64,000 bases of DNA from Squalus acanthias (GCA_030390025.1 CM059433.1:96348001-96412000); one strand, 5' to 3'. Positions 25,831-39,409 are shown, numbered from the stretch's first letter. Numbers and translations: made by a program. Notes: generated by a model from the sequence alone, not told the origin.

Positions 25831-28800
25831 GGCAGCCTACCTCCTATGAATTCTGATATGTCTCGCATCCATCCTTTCTTCATTCAAATAACACAAAAGT
25901 AATAGGTCTAGAAATTCCATGCCATTTCTAGCACTGCCCAAAACTGCTCACAGTGCTCTACTTATTACTACTACTGATCACCTACTCTGCCAATGGAAGT
26001 GCGGTGATGTGTGTATGACGTTTCCGACTTTATCTGTCTTGCGCATATTGCCATGCAGTGTAAATGCCTGACTTGAGCTTTTTTAAGTTCTGCATGACTT
26101 CATCGGTCCAAAGGGTTCTCGGCTGGCCTCGAAGTCTGAACCAATCTGGAGGGAAACTTGATCAGGACGCCTGGAGAGCTGTCTTCACGTTAAAGTTCAC
26201 ATCTGACCAGGCGATATGCTCGAATAGTTGCAGCCGTTGGAGACTGATGGTTTTGGAGACAGCCTTTTCTGCATTCCTGATGTAGTTATACCAGCGGCCT
26301 CCACACCGTCTTGATTAGTCACAAACTGTAGGAACCAATGAGGTAGAGTTTCCGCCTTGGGCACAATCGGAAATTGCGCCCAAAATGTGCTTAAAATTGC
26401 ATTGTTTAGGTTATGCATCAAGTTTCTGCTAAAATTCATTTGCATAAACACAGACGTAAAATCTTCCATAATCCAGTGCAATTGGGAAGCTTAATAGAAC
26501 ATAATTGTTTCTTTTGGTTTTCTTTCCATTAAGCAGTATGCCTTGATGTATTTAAGCGTGGTAACCTGGTGCAGTTTTATTAATACAGCTGAAATGGGTT
26601 TATCACAAAAAATAAGCATTTTTAATAAGAGTGTCCAATCCTCCATCTGTGAGTAACCTGATTTAAAAACACTGGAAATCACTTAAGAAAACACTATACT
26701 GAACCATTTAGTAGTTTCATTGGTGTACACTAGTTAATTTCCTGGTAAATTAAATACTTTTTGATATGATAAAACTTTTAAAATGTGCCTACTAGGAACT
26801 TGTGTGCCTAAGAAAGTAAGCACAATGTGAAGAGCCTTCCCTAACTAGCATAATCGTCGGAATTTCACCATTTTGACCTGGAGCCATGGCCAGTTTTAAG
26901 GAGGGGCCGAATTCAAGCGATTTGAACCTTGAACCAGTGTAAAAGATCGCAGGAAAACAGGAGTGTAAGTGGTTTTGGGCATAACTCACCTACCTTTTAA
27001 ATCCCCCGATCCTTTGCTCTGGTTTGGCCAATTCCTCCCAGATTGCGCTGGAATCTGTGTGCAAAACTAACGGAAACCAGAGGAAACTTCCCCCAATGTG
27101 TGTAATCCATATATCAAGACCGGGGTAACAACACAGTTGTATAATCTGAGATTGGTTGCGAGTTGGATTCTTGCCTTCCACGCGTTCTTGTCAAGAGATC
27201 GCATAACACTTCCAATTGCAGCCTGACTAATACTTTGTATTGTCTTGTAATGTTAAATTTACATGCTGCAGTACCTGGAATACTGACCACAAAATCTCAG
27301 GTTCAATCCCTGACCTCAGACACTGCAACTGACATTAGTTTCCAAGGCTAGGAACAGTAAAATTAGCCAGGGTCCCCACTCCTGGTCACTATCCAGTGAC
27401 CCCTAATAGAAAGTGCTCAGAGATGGATACTGATGAGAGCAAATCAGGCTTGATTGTGATGCACTTCTATGATTTAATAACCTGCCAACACTTAACTGTT
27501 TTTGGTCATACGTGCAGATGACCACTTGAAGTGCTGGAAGGCTGCTGGTAACCATAAAGCTGGACCCCAGCATGAGTCACAGCCTTCAGAAGAGGAGAGG
27601 AAAAATGAGAAAAAGAAAAGCTTATAGCTTTAAACTTTTATTCTTGAAAGTTAGAAAGGCACCTGCTGGGCAGACGATTCAATGAAAGCAACGCCATTAA
27701 AAATAAATGCCATTCAGTGTTTCCGAGACCAGAGCTATGATACAGCAATATTATGCTCAATGATATATACATTACAATAGCAAAATTGTTGCTAAAAATT
27801 CAGAAGCTGAGAGCACTGTGAAACCATCTGCAACAACCATTACTTGTATTGATTTATACTTTCAGAACCAGATAACTTTCATGCCAAAAGACAAACAATT
27901 GTTAGGGATGGGCAATGGCCTTGCCAGCGATGCCCACATCCCATGAACGAATAAGAAAAAAATTGGAATTGAGTCATCAAATTAAATTGGTTTCTGCCTG
28001 CAATCTGATAACCAGTTGCCAACCTGTAGCTCTTTCCAGTTTAGCATTTAGGAAAGTTGTTTTGGTCTAAAAAATATTGCAAATACACAAACTTGATGAA
28101 TCGCATGTTGAGGTTGTCTGATTTGAATGATTAAAAAAGAATTTCTATACTACTGTATGCACAAGTGTGATTTTTCAGATTGCAACTGCTACCTCCCATA
28201 ATATCTGTACTTTTAATTTAATACGCCCTACATTTGGAATCAAAAGGGATGCTGTCCCTTTTATAAATTCTCAGGTACTGGAGGGTCACTTAGCACAAGT
28301 TGTAAAAAAACAGATTGTGCCTGAAGACTTAATTATCTCTATTCTCTGAGATGCATCTGTTAGCAATATGGGATTATACATGTCAAAATGACAGATAGGA
28401 GTTGAATTTGTGCAAATGTGTCTAACCAGGATCATCTACATATCAGACATTTGAAAATCTCGGACGTGCTGACATTAGGAATAATAAGGTTGCAATTAAT
28501 TATTGCTGAGATGAATCATAATTTTCTTTCACCTTAAGTACACCTCAGAAAAAACGGAACTGTTGGTTTCACTTGTACTTTAACGAAAAAGTACTAGGCA
28601 CAAAAACTTTTCCTTTACATTTGCAGCTAATTACTGGTTTCCAATTAATAGGCTTCAGCATTTAACCTTTGGAGGATGAGATCTTTCCAAGTTAATTTGC
28701 ATATATTAATATGCAGATGGTAATTATACCTCCAGAGAAGGTATGTTCTGTATGGTGACTAAAGGCCATGTCTTTAATTTCTTTTTAATTTGAGGCTGCA

Positions 28801-29834
28801 GGTTCAGGTCTATCACTGTGACTTGCAACTCTCGATGATTATTATTTAAAGAGACAAATTCTTTTTTTGGTCAGTCAATCAAGATTGCTGCTCTAAAGCG
28901 ACAGTATTCTTTGTTGGTGTGTGTAGGTCTCCATTTTCACAGATGCATTGTAAATGTCCCATGTTCCACCACATAATTTAGTGGCTTTACCGGAGAAAAG
29001 TAGAATGTGTTGAATGTATAGATAGGTTATTTGGAAATTACCCAGTAAAGTTGGTAAACTATGGGATATAATTCCTTGACATTATTCTAAATTAACTTGG
29101 CAAAAATTGATTGACAAGGAATAGAATTATACACTGTGATGAATAATTCCTCTTAATAATTTTTTTGGCTGGAATAATTTGACGAAGACTCAAGATCCAC
29201 GTGTACTGTACATCTATTTATTCCAGTCATTTATGATTATCTAACACGTTGAACTAATTCATTTTAATTAAAAAAGAATAATTATTTAACTGATAATTAT
29301 TTGTTGTGAAATAGGTGATTTAGTACATTTTCGATTACATTTTAGAATCACTGGTGCTTTGTTCTTTTACATATTTCAGGACTAATGTTAAATTTAATTT
29401 AAGGAGTGAATTATGAACGTGTCCAGAACACCCTTCTTAATGACAAGTTGGAGGTCATATGGAGGTTACCTAGTCCTTTTTCATTCTTTTGGGAAAGTTG
29501 CTTATAAACGTAGGATTTAACTGTATTATTATGTAGTGAGTATAAACAACTGTTACTCAGAATGATCTCGTCACTCATATGGTGAAAGGTAAAAGATGGT
29601 TGGCTGTAAGCTGTAAGGAAACAATTCAATAAAATGGGTCTGATTATATCACATTATAAAGATCAGTGGAACCTTGAAATTGAATTACTGCCTTAAGTAG
29701 GCAGTGTACTCCATTGTCACACAAACCTAGAAGTTATAAATGGAGATATCTACACCCTTATTGGTATCTCTCTTGTACCAGTTCACATACATGCTCATTA
29801 TTTCAGTGATATCTTAATTACTTTGTAGGACGTT

Positions 29835-30373
29835 GTGGGACCGGGGGCGGGGGTGATGGGAGGTGGGGGGCGGGCTGGTGGGGGGAAGAACACATCGGGG
29901 CCAGCCACCAGAGGATCGTGGCCGGCCTCAGGATGATCGTTGGGTGAGGGGGTGGGGGAGGGCTGGGAAGGTGATCGGAGGCCTCGTAGGCGGGTTTCTG
30001 ATCGCGGGGGGTGGGCTAGGCAGGGACCCTGGATCAGGAGGTCGGTATAAAAGCCAATTACTTCCTGGATGCAGCAGTCCCCGCCTTGCTGTAACTGCCA
30101 GGCTTTACCAAGTGTGTGAAACCCGTCCAGCTGCCATTAAAAACAAAAATGGAGGTTAAAAATAGGTTTCTAGCCTCATTGTAATATTTAAATTGACGTC
30201 CTGCCTCCTGGCAGCAGGTTGGCTGCCCGCCCCCCGTATTGGCTCCCACCCCGCCTCCATTAAAACCAGAGGTGGGCGGGTTGGAGGCGGGTTCAGGTCG
30301 GGAATCCGATTTTTAACAATTTAACTACCCACACGTTCCAAAACCACCCTGTTTTTTAGGTTAAGTTCCCCCC
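29835..30373 (-). mobile_element. Partial copy of the 21302-22581 MITE family, inverted
   Basis: 30180-30373 matches the reverse complement of 21302-21480 (GGGCGGGTTGGAGGCGGGTT, GATTTTTAAC, GTTAAGTTCCCCC). Confidence 0.7.
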
Positions 30374-30894
30374 AAGATATTGAAATTCCAGCCACGTGCT
30401 TATGTGTTTATATGGAAGAGGTAGCTATTATTTATATCTATAAATGTGGTTGGATCTTAATAATGGTTCTGAAGTTCAGTTGAAAGGTTACAGGCCACTT
30501 TGAAAGAATAGGACAGGTCACAAATAAGGTGCATAGCTCTATTTATACAAGAGGATATAGCTGAGATAGAGAGGGAGCAATAAAAACAGAAAATGCTGGA
30601 AATACTCAGCAAGTCAGGCAGCATCTGTGGAGAGAGAAACAGAGTTGGGGGAGAAATTCGGTGTCGCCCATTTTGGGGCGCTAACATCGGCCGGGCGCAA
30701 CCTAACATCAGGGAGTGGGGTGCTACCTCAGAATGCTGCCCAAGGCCAGGTGCTGTGAATCGCACCTAATCAGACATACCGGCACCTTCCAGTTCTTAAA
30801 GGGGAGGTTCAAGCATCCTGCACAGCCGCACCCTTCTCATTGCTGCTTGTGACCTGGTACTGGAGGGAGCCTCAAACCTTGCACTGAGACAGTG

Positions 30895-32749
30895 ATGCCA
30901 TTGCAGAGGGCCAGGGAGAGAGCCCACTGCTTCAGTGACCAGGCATTGGAGGCCCAGGGAGAGAGCCCACTGCTTCAGTGACCAGGCATTGGAGGTCCAG
31001 GGAGAGAGCCCACTGCTTCAGTGACCAGGCATTGGAGGCTCCGGTTGTGGCAGTCGAACGGCGACGGGCACTGCTGTTCCCACACACTGGCAGGAGGCCA
31101 TTACCCCGGGAATTTTCAAGGCTGTGGGGGGAGGTGGCCCAGTGCGTCTCCTCCAGAAGTGTAGTGGGAAGGAGTTCAACGACCTCACTCGGGTGGTCAG
31201 GGTGAGTACATGCTTCAAAAACCTCTTCATTCCATCATCCCAACCCCACTGTGTGCACAGACTGTATACACTGCCACATCCCCAAAGCACACCCACCAAC
31301 TATGCCCACCTACTAAATGTTACATCCACATCTCACACCCCGCAGACATTAATGGCTATTCAACTATGGTGCGCACATGTGGCAAACACATGGCTGCAGA
31401 ATCACTCACACGCTGCCCTTTTTCTTGCAGGCCAAGCTGGCCCTCAACAGGAGGGAGCAACAGTGCAGGGGAGGGGGGTAGGCGGAGCTGCGGCCGCTCA
31501 CACAGCTCGAGGAACGAGTGCGGAGTATCGTCGTGAGCCATGTCATGGGTGCTGTGGTGATTGGAGAGGTTGACCCCCTTGGGGACAGCAACGGTATGTT
31601 CATCGCCTCTCCCTCCTCTCTCATACCACTTCCCCCTCACAACACAAGCCTTTCCCACTTTCCATCTAATTATACTGTCTCCATTCCTCGCTCCCTCCAT
31701 GACCCCTCCCCTCATGTTAAACCCACTCTTGTGCCTTCCTGCTTTCAGACAGTGAGCCAGCATCTGACCAGCCTGTCCCTCAGCCTGCCAGTGTCAGCGA
31801 GGCCAGAGACAAGGAGAAAAACAAACCCAGAACCTCAGCGCCTGCATCTCCCGAGCCCGAGACTTCGGGCACCGGGGCCACGCGGTCACTCGAGGGGAAC
31901 ATGGGAATGGGCTCTGATGTGTTTGAAGCTCCGGGACCCAATGGCCTGCAGCAACGCCTTGGGGAAAGGGAAGCTCGGGGGCCATCTCCCTGGAGGGTGA
32001 GTGCGCGCACGAGTTCTGCTGCACAGGACTCGGATGAGGACCCTGACATCGCGTCCATGAATACGCAGACGATGAGCCTGCACACTGAGCTCATGGGTCC
32101 AATGGCAAGGGTGCCCGAGTGTATGGATGCACTGGCTAGGAGCGTGGAGGAGTCCGCTGCCAGCACAGCTGTCATCTGTGTGCAAACCTTCGAGCCCATC
32201 CTTGCAACTCTGCAGAGGATGGTTGAATTGCTGGAGGACCGTGAGGACCCAGACACCATGCCACGTGCAATGGGGGAGATGGCAGCATCTATTGCAGCAC
32301 AGGCCGAGGCAACGCAATGGCTTAGTGCTGGAATAGAGACCTTGGCTGGTGCCATCCATTCTCAGATTGCTCTCATGCAGTCTCAGATTAATGTCACGCA
32401 AGCGCTGACTGCTGCAATCGTATCTGGGTCGACCACTGTCCATCGGGGATCTGACGGTGCTGCAGCAGGCCAGCAATCTGTGCTCCAGCAGATTGCTGCA
32501 GATGCTGAGGTTCTGCCCCGGGGGAGTGGCAGTGTGTTGGTCAAGCAGGAAGGTGCTGTCCTCTCTCAGGATGACAGCATTCCTGCTCCCTCCACTGCCA
32601 CTCCGCCATTGCACTTGTCGCAGCCTGTAACACAGCCAGCCCAGACTGCTGCCGCCCATGTAGATTTGGTGCAGTCTGCAGCCGGGCCCTCCAGGCCCAG
32701 AGCTGGTCGAGGGCATCCTTCAAGGCCATCCACGGTCTCTGTCTCGTAG
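30895..32749 (+). pseudogene. Harbinger Myb/SANT-like DNA-binding protein, 3 exons (~30895-31201, 31431-31593, 31749-32749), disrupted
   Basis: RERAHCFSDQALEA...VERRRALLFP...LWGEVAQ...KEFNDLTRVVR. GT-AG introns sit at the same positions as in 41440-43543. A 43-bp triplication and indels break the frame. Confidence 0.85.
30911..31039. repeat. 43-bp tandem triplication
   Basis: CCAGGGAGAGAGCCCACTGCTTCAGTGACCAGGCATTGGAGG starts at 30911, 30954 and 30997. Confidence 0.95.
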
Positions 32750-33170
32750 ATTTAGCAGCCTTTCACCAGCCTTGCTGCAGCCACTGGGGCCCCATTACGG
32801 AGGAGCAGTAGGGTTGGTAGGGGTGAAGTGTGGAGGGATGGAGATCACCGAGGAAGGCCCAATAACTGAAATGTTTGCACTAAATGGGGGGAGTGTTTCT
32901 CAGACATTCGATTGTGTTTGTGAATATGTTGTTCAATCTGTTACGAAGTTCCCGCGTGTGCTAAGCACCAGTTCTGTTTGTAAATAAATTGTATTGTTTG
33001 TCTGTTACCAGTTGTAGTTAATAAGATACAGTTGTTCACATTAATAAAAGTATTTGTCTCCATGTTACAAGTCTGATCATCTTTGTCATTGCAAGCTTGG
33101 CTACTCATAGGGGCTCAGGCATGGCTGCGATGATGTGGCTGTGGAACCCCAGTGCCATGTGATGCCTCAC

Positions 33171-34340
33171 TCATGAGATGCACTTTCTGATCAGGCCTTC
33201 ATGCACAGCCCTTGCAGAGGCAACGTTGCGCAGACCCCTCCCACATTGTTGTAGCTCACCCTCCTCTTCCTCGTCCTCCTCGTCCTCCTCTCCCTCTTCC
33301 TCCTCCTGAGGAGGTCCAGCTATCCCTGGTGGCAATGGCTGGGTCCGGAGAATGGCGAGGTTGTGCAGCATGCAGCAGATGACTATGAACAGTGACACTC
33401 GATCGGGGGAGTACTGCAAGGCTCCTCCAGAGTGGTCAAGACACTGGAACTGTCGCTTCAGCAAGCCGATAGTCTGCTCGATGAGGTTCCTGGTGGTGCT
33501 ATGGCTTTCATTGTAGGCGAGCTCACCAGGAGTGTTGGGGTTATGGAGCGATGTCATCAGCCAGGTGGAGAGTGGATATCCCTTGTCCCCGAGGAGCCAG
33601 CCATGAGCTTGATGCGGGGGTTCAAACAGTGCTGGGACACCAGTCTGGCGCAGGATGAAGGCATCATGGCTGCTGCCAGGATAGCGGGCATTCACAGCGA
33701 GGAAGCACTGTCGGTGGTTGCACGCCAACTGCACATTCAGGGAGTGGTAGCCCTTCCAGTTACAGAACACCTCTGCATGTTCATGAGGTGCCCGCAGTGC
33801 CACGTGGGTGCAGTCAATGGTGCCCTGAACCATGAGGAAGCCCGCTATCCTAGCAAAGCCACATGCGCATTCGTGCTGTTTCTCTCGTCTCATGGAGAAT
33901 GAGATGCACTCCCTTCTCCTTCTGTACAAAGCATCAGTGACCTCCCAGATGCAGCAATGGACTGCGAACTGGGAGATGTTCGCAATATCCCCTGTCAACG
34001 CCTGGAAGGAGCCACTGGCATAGAAATTGAGAGCCACTGTCACCTTCACTGCCACCGACAGAGATGTCCTCGTCCTGAGCCGAGGCTCGAGCTCTGGCTG
34101 CAAGAGGTGGCAGAGCTCTGTGACCACCGCCTTGCTGAATCACAGCCTGCTGATACACTGCTCCTCTGAGAGATGGATACATGAGAATTATTGTCTGAAT
34201 ATCCTGGGAGGGTAAGGTCTTGAGTGGAGAGGCCTGTTGGCCCTCCTCCCTCTGCCCACGATTTGCACTCTCTCTCTCCCCCTCCGCTGCCTCCGATTAT
34301 GAAGCTGGAGGTCGAGCCCCCGTGCTATTACAGCCACCAT
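33171..34340 (-). pseudogene. Harbinger DDE transposase with two premature stops near the N-terminus
   Basis: ATG at ~34340, in-frame TAA (~34188) and TGA (~34140), then GTIDCTH, LGDKGYP, IEQTIG, CCMLHN and an acidic tail. Confidence 0.92.
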
Positions 34341-34869
34341 TAAATCTTCAAAGTTTTGCTGCAGCAAAGGTAACAGAAATGGGAACCTGATAAGTTTCTC
34401 TGTCGACCAACAGTCCCTGAAGTGTGGAAGCATGAAGTCCCTCCAAACGCGTCTCTCCCTCTCTGAGCGTACGTAGGCAGAATAGTTTGCCGATGGGAGA
34501 ACACAGGAAGTGCACGCCTTTAGATAACGCTCCCCCAGCTCCCAGCCGACTGTGCACCGTCCCCCTGTAGCTGTCGTTCCTGCCGCCAGGCACTGGAGCA
34601 GGGGGCGCGACCCAATTTCGTGTCTGGGGCGTTACCGGGGCGCTGCGCACATGGATGACGTCACGATCTCCGGGCGCAGGAGATCGTGGCACTACTATTT
34701 AGCGCCGCCGCTAACCGGCAGCCGAATATCGCGAGCGGCGCTGCGATCACTGCGCTGGGGCGGTAAGTGGTTAGCGACCCGTTAGTGCACCCTGGAGGCG
34801 CTAACGGGCAGCGCTTACCAACCGAATTTCACCCCCTTAACGTTTCAAGTAATAAACTTTCATCAAAAC

Positions 34870-34904
34870 GTTCTGACGAAAGGTCATCGACCTGAAATGT
34901 TGAC
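34870..34904 (+). ncRNA. Hammerhead-like motif, slightly mutated
   Basis: GTT CTGACGA A AGGTC-ATC-GACCT GAAA TG TT GAC. Core intact; stem III palindrome and stem I each carry one change versus 62548-62584. Confidence 0.55.
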
Positions 34905-35049
34905 TCTGTTTCTCCCCAGATGCTGCCTGACTTGCTGAGTGTTTCCAGCATTTTCTGTTTTGATTTCCAGCATCCGCAGTATTTCGCTTTTGTTATAGCG
35001 AGGAAGGATACTAGTTAACAGAGTGGAGCTAAAACCATATTGGGTACAG

Positions 35050-37130
35050 CTGGATCAATAAGTTGGTCCAAAGTTAATCTTTGGTACCTATTATAGGAAC
35101 TCAACTAGAAGGGCAGAAGAATGGGGTAGTGTTGTTATTATTGGGAATTATTAAGTGGACTGATCAGTCTAAAGGAAGGCAAAAAATAAATATTTGTTGA
35201 TCCTGTCAGAGATTGCTTTCTTACTTAACATACTTGGGAGAATACTAACAAATGTATCTATTGGATGTATACCTTAGCAGTGACCCTGGCATCATATCCA
35301 GTCATCATGTAAGAGAGCATCTGGGCATAGTGATCATTGTATTACTAGATTTCAGTTGGTGAGACAAATTACCGTTGCAGATAATTTAATGTTTGTTTCA
35401 GATTTCAGGAGCGCTCAATTTTCAAGAATGAGGGAGGATTTGGGAATGGTAGACTGGGGTAGAAGGCAAGGCACCTACCTTGTGATACAGATATACTTGC
35501 GATACAGAACTGTGATACAGAAAATACATGTTTTTTTTAATCTATATTTATGGATAGGAAAACCTTGTGTGTTCCTCAGATAAAAAAGAGGAGATATGAT
35601 AAAGTGAAACGTAATAGCTAACCGGAGAAGTTCATAGGGAAATCAACCTCAAATGAAATGTTTCACTTGCTATAAAGTGAATAACTGTCAATAGATTAGG
35701 TAGCTGAGAATAAATAAATCCACTTTTATAAATGCCAAAAGGCATTAGAAAAAAAAAGTTCTAGATAGGTGTAGTAGCGATGATAATGCCAGAAAATGAC
35801 TAAGAACTGCATAGGGCTTTGAGGAATTCAGCAGGGCAGTTTTGGTTTGAGGACTAGGATATCACTAAGGTGCTAAATGGATATAACTGTTTTCCTGATT
35901 GAAGACAGACTAGCTGCTAAGGTGCTAGTGGTGCTAAATAAGGGTGGTTCTAAAATTAATTCTATAGCAGTAAATAGAGAAATGGTCTTAGCTGGGATTA
36001 AGATATTCAAGGTTGATTGGGTTGCTGGACCTATTGCTATTTACCCCAGAGTGCTGAAGGAAATGGGAGATGTATTATGTGAACCATTAGCTCATATATT
36101 TAATAGCTTTTTGAGGTCTGGGCTAGTTCCAAGGGACTAAAGGGAAGATCATTTGGTCCCGGTATTTAAGCAAGAAAAAAAATCAGACCTTGGGAATTAT
36201 AGGCCTGTTAGATTGATGTCACTTGGAGGGAGGATGCTGGAAGGCATTATAAAGGATATAATTTATGATTATCTGGAGAGTGGCAGTTATTAGAAAATCG
36301 CAGCATGGCTTTAGAAAATGGAGGTGTTGCCTCACTAATCTGTTTGAGGAAGTGACCAAATTTACAGTTCAGTGAATGTTACATACCTCGAGAGGGAGAA
36401 AGGAGAGTCTCAAGCCAAGGTTTTAAGTTTAACTAAGCAAACTTTGAAGGGATGAGAAATGCATTGACGACAGTAATCTAGGCTGAACTGTTAATGGGTA
36501 AACCTACAAAGAGTGGGAAGTATTCAAAGATGTATTTGGTACGATACAAAACTAATACATACCCCTGAAAGGCAAAAACTCCACTTATGTAATTAAACAA
36601 CCGCGATCAACAAATGAGGTAAAAGAAAAGGTTGACTCAAATGCAAGGAAAAGTGCAAATCCAGCAGACTAGGAAGGCGATAAGAAGCAACAAAGGCTTA
36701 CAAAGAATATATTATAGAAGTTAGTTGAAGAAATTGCAGATGCTTCAGTCATAATTTTCCAAAGTTCTCTAGATTTAGGAATTGTGCCTATGTATTGGAA
36801 AATTGCAAATGTCAATCCATTATTTAAGAAGATAGGGAGGGAAAAAACAGATTACTACTGACCTATCAGTTTAACATCAGTTGTAGGGAAGTTACTGGAA
36901 TCTATCATCAGGAACAGAGTGACTGAGCACTTGGACAAGTATGAGCTGATTAAAGAGAGTCAGCATGGATTTGTGAAGGGTAGGTCATATCTGACTTATA
37001 TAGTTGAATTTTTTGAGGAGATACCTAGCATGGTGGATAGGGGAATACCTATGGATGTTGTCCATATGGACTTTCAGAAGGCATTTGATAAGGTTTTGCG
37101 CAAGCATATGGAATTGGAGGTAATCTGATA
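35050..37130 (+). mobile_element. Two decayed CR1 ORF2 fragments
   Basis: AGPIAIYPRVLKEM...EPLAHIFNSFLRSGLVPRD (35877-36140); ESQHGFVKGRSYLT...DVVHMDFQKAFDKV (36919-37128). Confidence 0.8.
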
Positions 37131-37749
37131 ATATGTTCTTTATTTTGCATTATTACACAAAGACATGTTGTACTGATTGAATCAAGTCAGTCTGATCATA
37201 ACTGTTGTTCTGTGTGTTCACTTGCTGTGAAATAAAACAGCTTATCTATTCGCATCTGGCCTAACGTTACTTAATGTTTTCTCAGTCCACCTTCATAAAG
37301 ATTGACAGAGCACACATAAGGGTGCATACGAAAAACAAAATTTTTAATTCATATATCAAGAAGGATGAATTGATGCACCCCGAGGTTTTACTGTTGTATA
37401 AGTAGATATTGGACAGTGTGAGTCCACCAGGAATAGTAGGGATATGGAATTCCTTTACTGATGTCACTGAACCCAAGAAGGCATAAATAGCCAACACAGA
37501 ATCATAACAATCACTTTGATTATGCAGTCTGGAAGTCACTCAAACGCCAACTTTTCTCAGTATAATAAACCAAAATAAGGTTTTGAATAAAGTAAGAAAA
37601 TTTAAAAATGACATTCACAATGGGCTGAGTTGCTGAGTTGACAGCTTCAAACATACAGTAAAAGCTCCGACCTTACAGAGATATCTTCCCTCAGCCACAA
37701 ACTCTTCCTCACTGCATTTCCACAACAGATTCACCATGCTGCAAGTCTT

Positions 37750-39408
37750 CATAGAATCATAGAATCATAGAAAGTTACAGCACGGAAGGAGGCCATTTCG
37801 GCCCATCGTGTCTGCGCCGGCCAACAAAGAGCTATCCAGCCTAATCCCACTTCCCAGCTCTTGGTCCGTAGCCCTGCAGGTTAGAGCATCCCAAGTGCAC
37901 ATCCAAGTACTTTTTAAATGTGGTTAGGGTTCCTGCCTCTACCACCCTTTCAGTCAGTGAGTTCCAGCCCTCCACGACCCTCTGGGTGAAGAAATCTCCC
38001 CTCAAATCCCCTCTAAACCTTCCACCAATTACTTTAAATCTATGCCCCCTGGTTTTTGATCCCTCTGCTAAGGGAAATAGGTCCTTTCTATCCACTTTAT
38101 CTCTGCCCCTCATAATTTTATACACCTCAATAAGGTCTCCCCTCAGCCTCCTCTGTTCCAAGGAAAACAGACCCAGCCTATCCAGTCTTTCCTCATAGCT
38201 AAGATTCTCTACTCCCGGCAACATCCTTGTAAATCTCCTCTGTACCCTCTCTAGTGCAATCACATCTTTCCTGTAATGTGGTGACCAGAACTGCATGCAG
38301 TACTCTAGCTGAGGCCTAACTAGTATTTTATACAGTTGAAGCATAACCCCCCTGCTCTTGTATTCTATGCCATGGTTAATAAAGGCAAGCATTCCGTATG
38401 CCTTCTTAACCACTTTATCTACCTGGCCTGCTACCTTCAGGGATCTATGGACATGCACTCCAAGATCCCTTTGTTCCTCTACACTACTCAGTGTCCTACC
38501 ATTTAATGTGTATTCCCTTTCCTTGTTAGCCCTCCCCAAATGCATTACCTCACACTTCTCCAGATTAAATTCCATTTGCCCCTGTTCTGCCCACCTGACC
38601 AATTTATTGATATCTTCCTGCAGTCCACAGCTTCCTTCTTCGGTATCAACCACACAGCCGATTTTAGTATCATCTGCAAACTTCTTAATCATACCCCCTA
38701 TATTCAAGTCTAGATCATTGATATATACCACAAAAAGCAAGGGACCTAGTACTGAGCCCTGCGGAACCCCACTGGAAACAGCCTTCCAGTCACAAAAACA
38801 CCCACCAACCATTACCCTCTGCTTCCTGTCTCCGAGCCAGTTTGGAATCCAACTTGACACTTTGCCCTGGATCCCATCGGCTTTTAACTTCGTGACCAGT
38901 CTGCCATGTGGAACCTTATCAAAAGCCTTGCTAAAGTCCATATACACTACATCAAACACACTACCCTCATCTACCCTCCTTGTTACCTCCTCAAAAAATT
39001 CAATTAAATTTGTCAGACACGACCTTCCCTTAAAAAATCCGTGCTGACTCTCCTTGATTAATCCGTGTCTTTCTAAATGAAGATTTATCCTGTCCTTCAG
39101 AATTCATTCCAATAATTTTCCCACCACCGAGGTTAGGCTGACTGGCCTGTAATTACTCGGTCCTTTTCTCCTTTTTTAAACAAGGGTACCACATTAGCAG
39201 TCCTCCAGTCCTCCAGCACCACACCTGAAGCCAGAGAGGATTGAAAAATGATGGTCAGGGCCTCTGCTATTTCCTCTTTTGCTTCGCTTAACAGCCTGGA
39301 ACACATTTCATCCGGGCCTGGGGATTTTTCCACTTTTAAAGCTGCTAAACCCCTTAGTACTTCCTCTCTCACTATGTTTATTTCATCTAATATTTCACAC
39401 TCCTCCCC
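37750..39408 (-). mobile_element. CR1 LINE, 5'-truncated, fairly young
   Basis: 3' tail (CATAGAAT)n, the reverse complement of the CR1 ATTCTATG octamer, plus an RT ORF. Confidence 0.95.
37841..38959 (-). CDS. CR1 ORF2 reverse transcriptase domain (partial; frameshift upstream near 39155)
   Basis: DFSKAFDKVPH, SGVPQGSVLGP, KFADDTK, RPQLEYC, TRGHRFK. Confidence 0.92.
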   Translation of the reverse strand: MFDVVYMDFSKAFDKVPHGRLVTKLKADGIQGKVSSWIPNWLGDRKQRVMVGGCFCDWKAVSSGVPQGSVLGPLLFVVYINDLDLNIGGMIKKFADDTKIGCVVDTEEGSCGLQEDINKLVRWAEQGQMEFNLEKCEVMHLGRANKEREYTLNGRTLSSVEEQRDLGVHVHRSLKVAGQVDKVVKKAYGMLAFINHGIEYKSRGVMLQLYKILVRPQLEYCMQFWSPHYRKDVIALERVQRRFTRMLPGVENLSYEERLDRLGLFSLEQRRLRGDLIEVYKIMRGRDKVDRKDLFPLAEGSKTRGHRFKVIGGRFRGDLRGDFFTQRVVEGWNSLTERVVEAGTLTTFKKYLDVHLGCSNLQGYGPRAGKWD

Positions 39409-39409
39409 C

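Larger units (their letters stand above)
30647..34836. mobile_element. Full-length PIF/Harbinger transposon (inactivated)
   Basis: TIRs GGGGGAGAAATTCGGT / ACCGAATTTCACCCCC, inserted at GTTAAC (imperfect TTA TSD). Convergent Myb/SANT-like and transposase genes. Confidence 0.95.
30580..34995. repeat. Inverted-repeat copy of a hammerhead-bearing short repeat, split by the Harbinger at 30647-34836
   Basis: 30580-30646 (AAAACAGAAAATGCTGGAAATACTCAGC...GAAACAGAGTT) continues at 34839 (AACGTTTC...). Its reverse complement follows at 34870-34960. Confidence 0.85.

Noticed and set aside
27290-27600. tRNA gene suggested by a GGTTCAATCCC B-box
   Set aside because: No cloverleaf. More likely a decayed SINE head, and too weak to annotate.
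38358-39047. 229-aa plus-strand ORF (also 43862-44668, 31886-32716, 18511-18879)
   Set aside because: Antisense shadows of TE coding sequence with no independent motifs.
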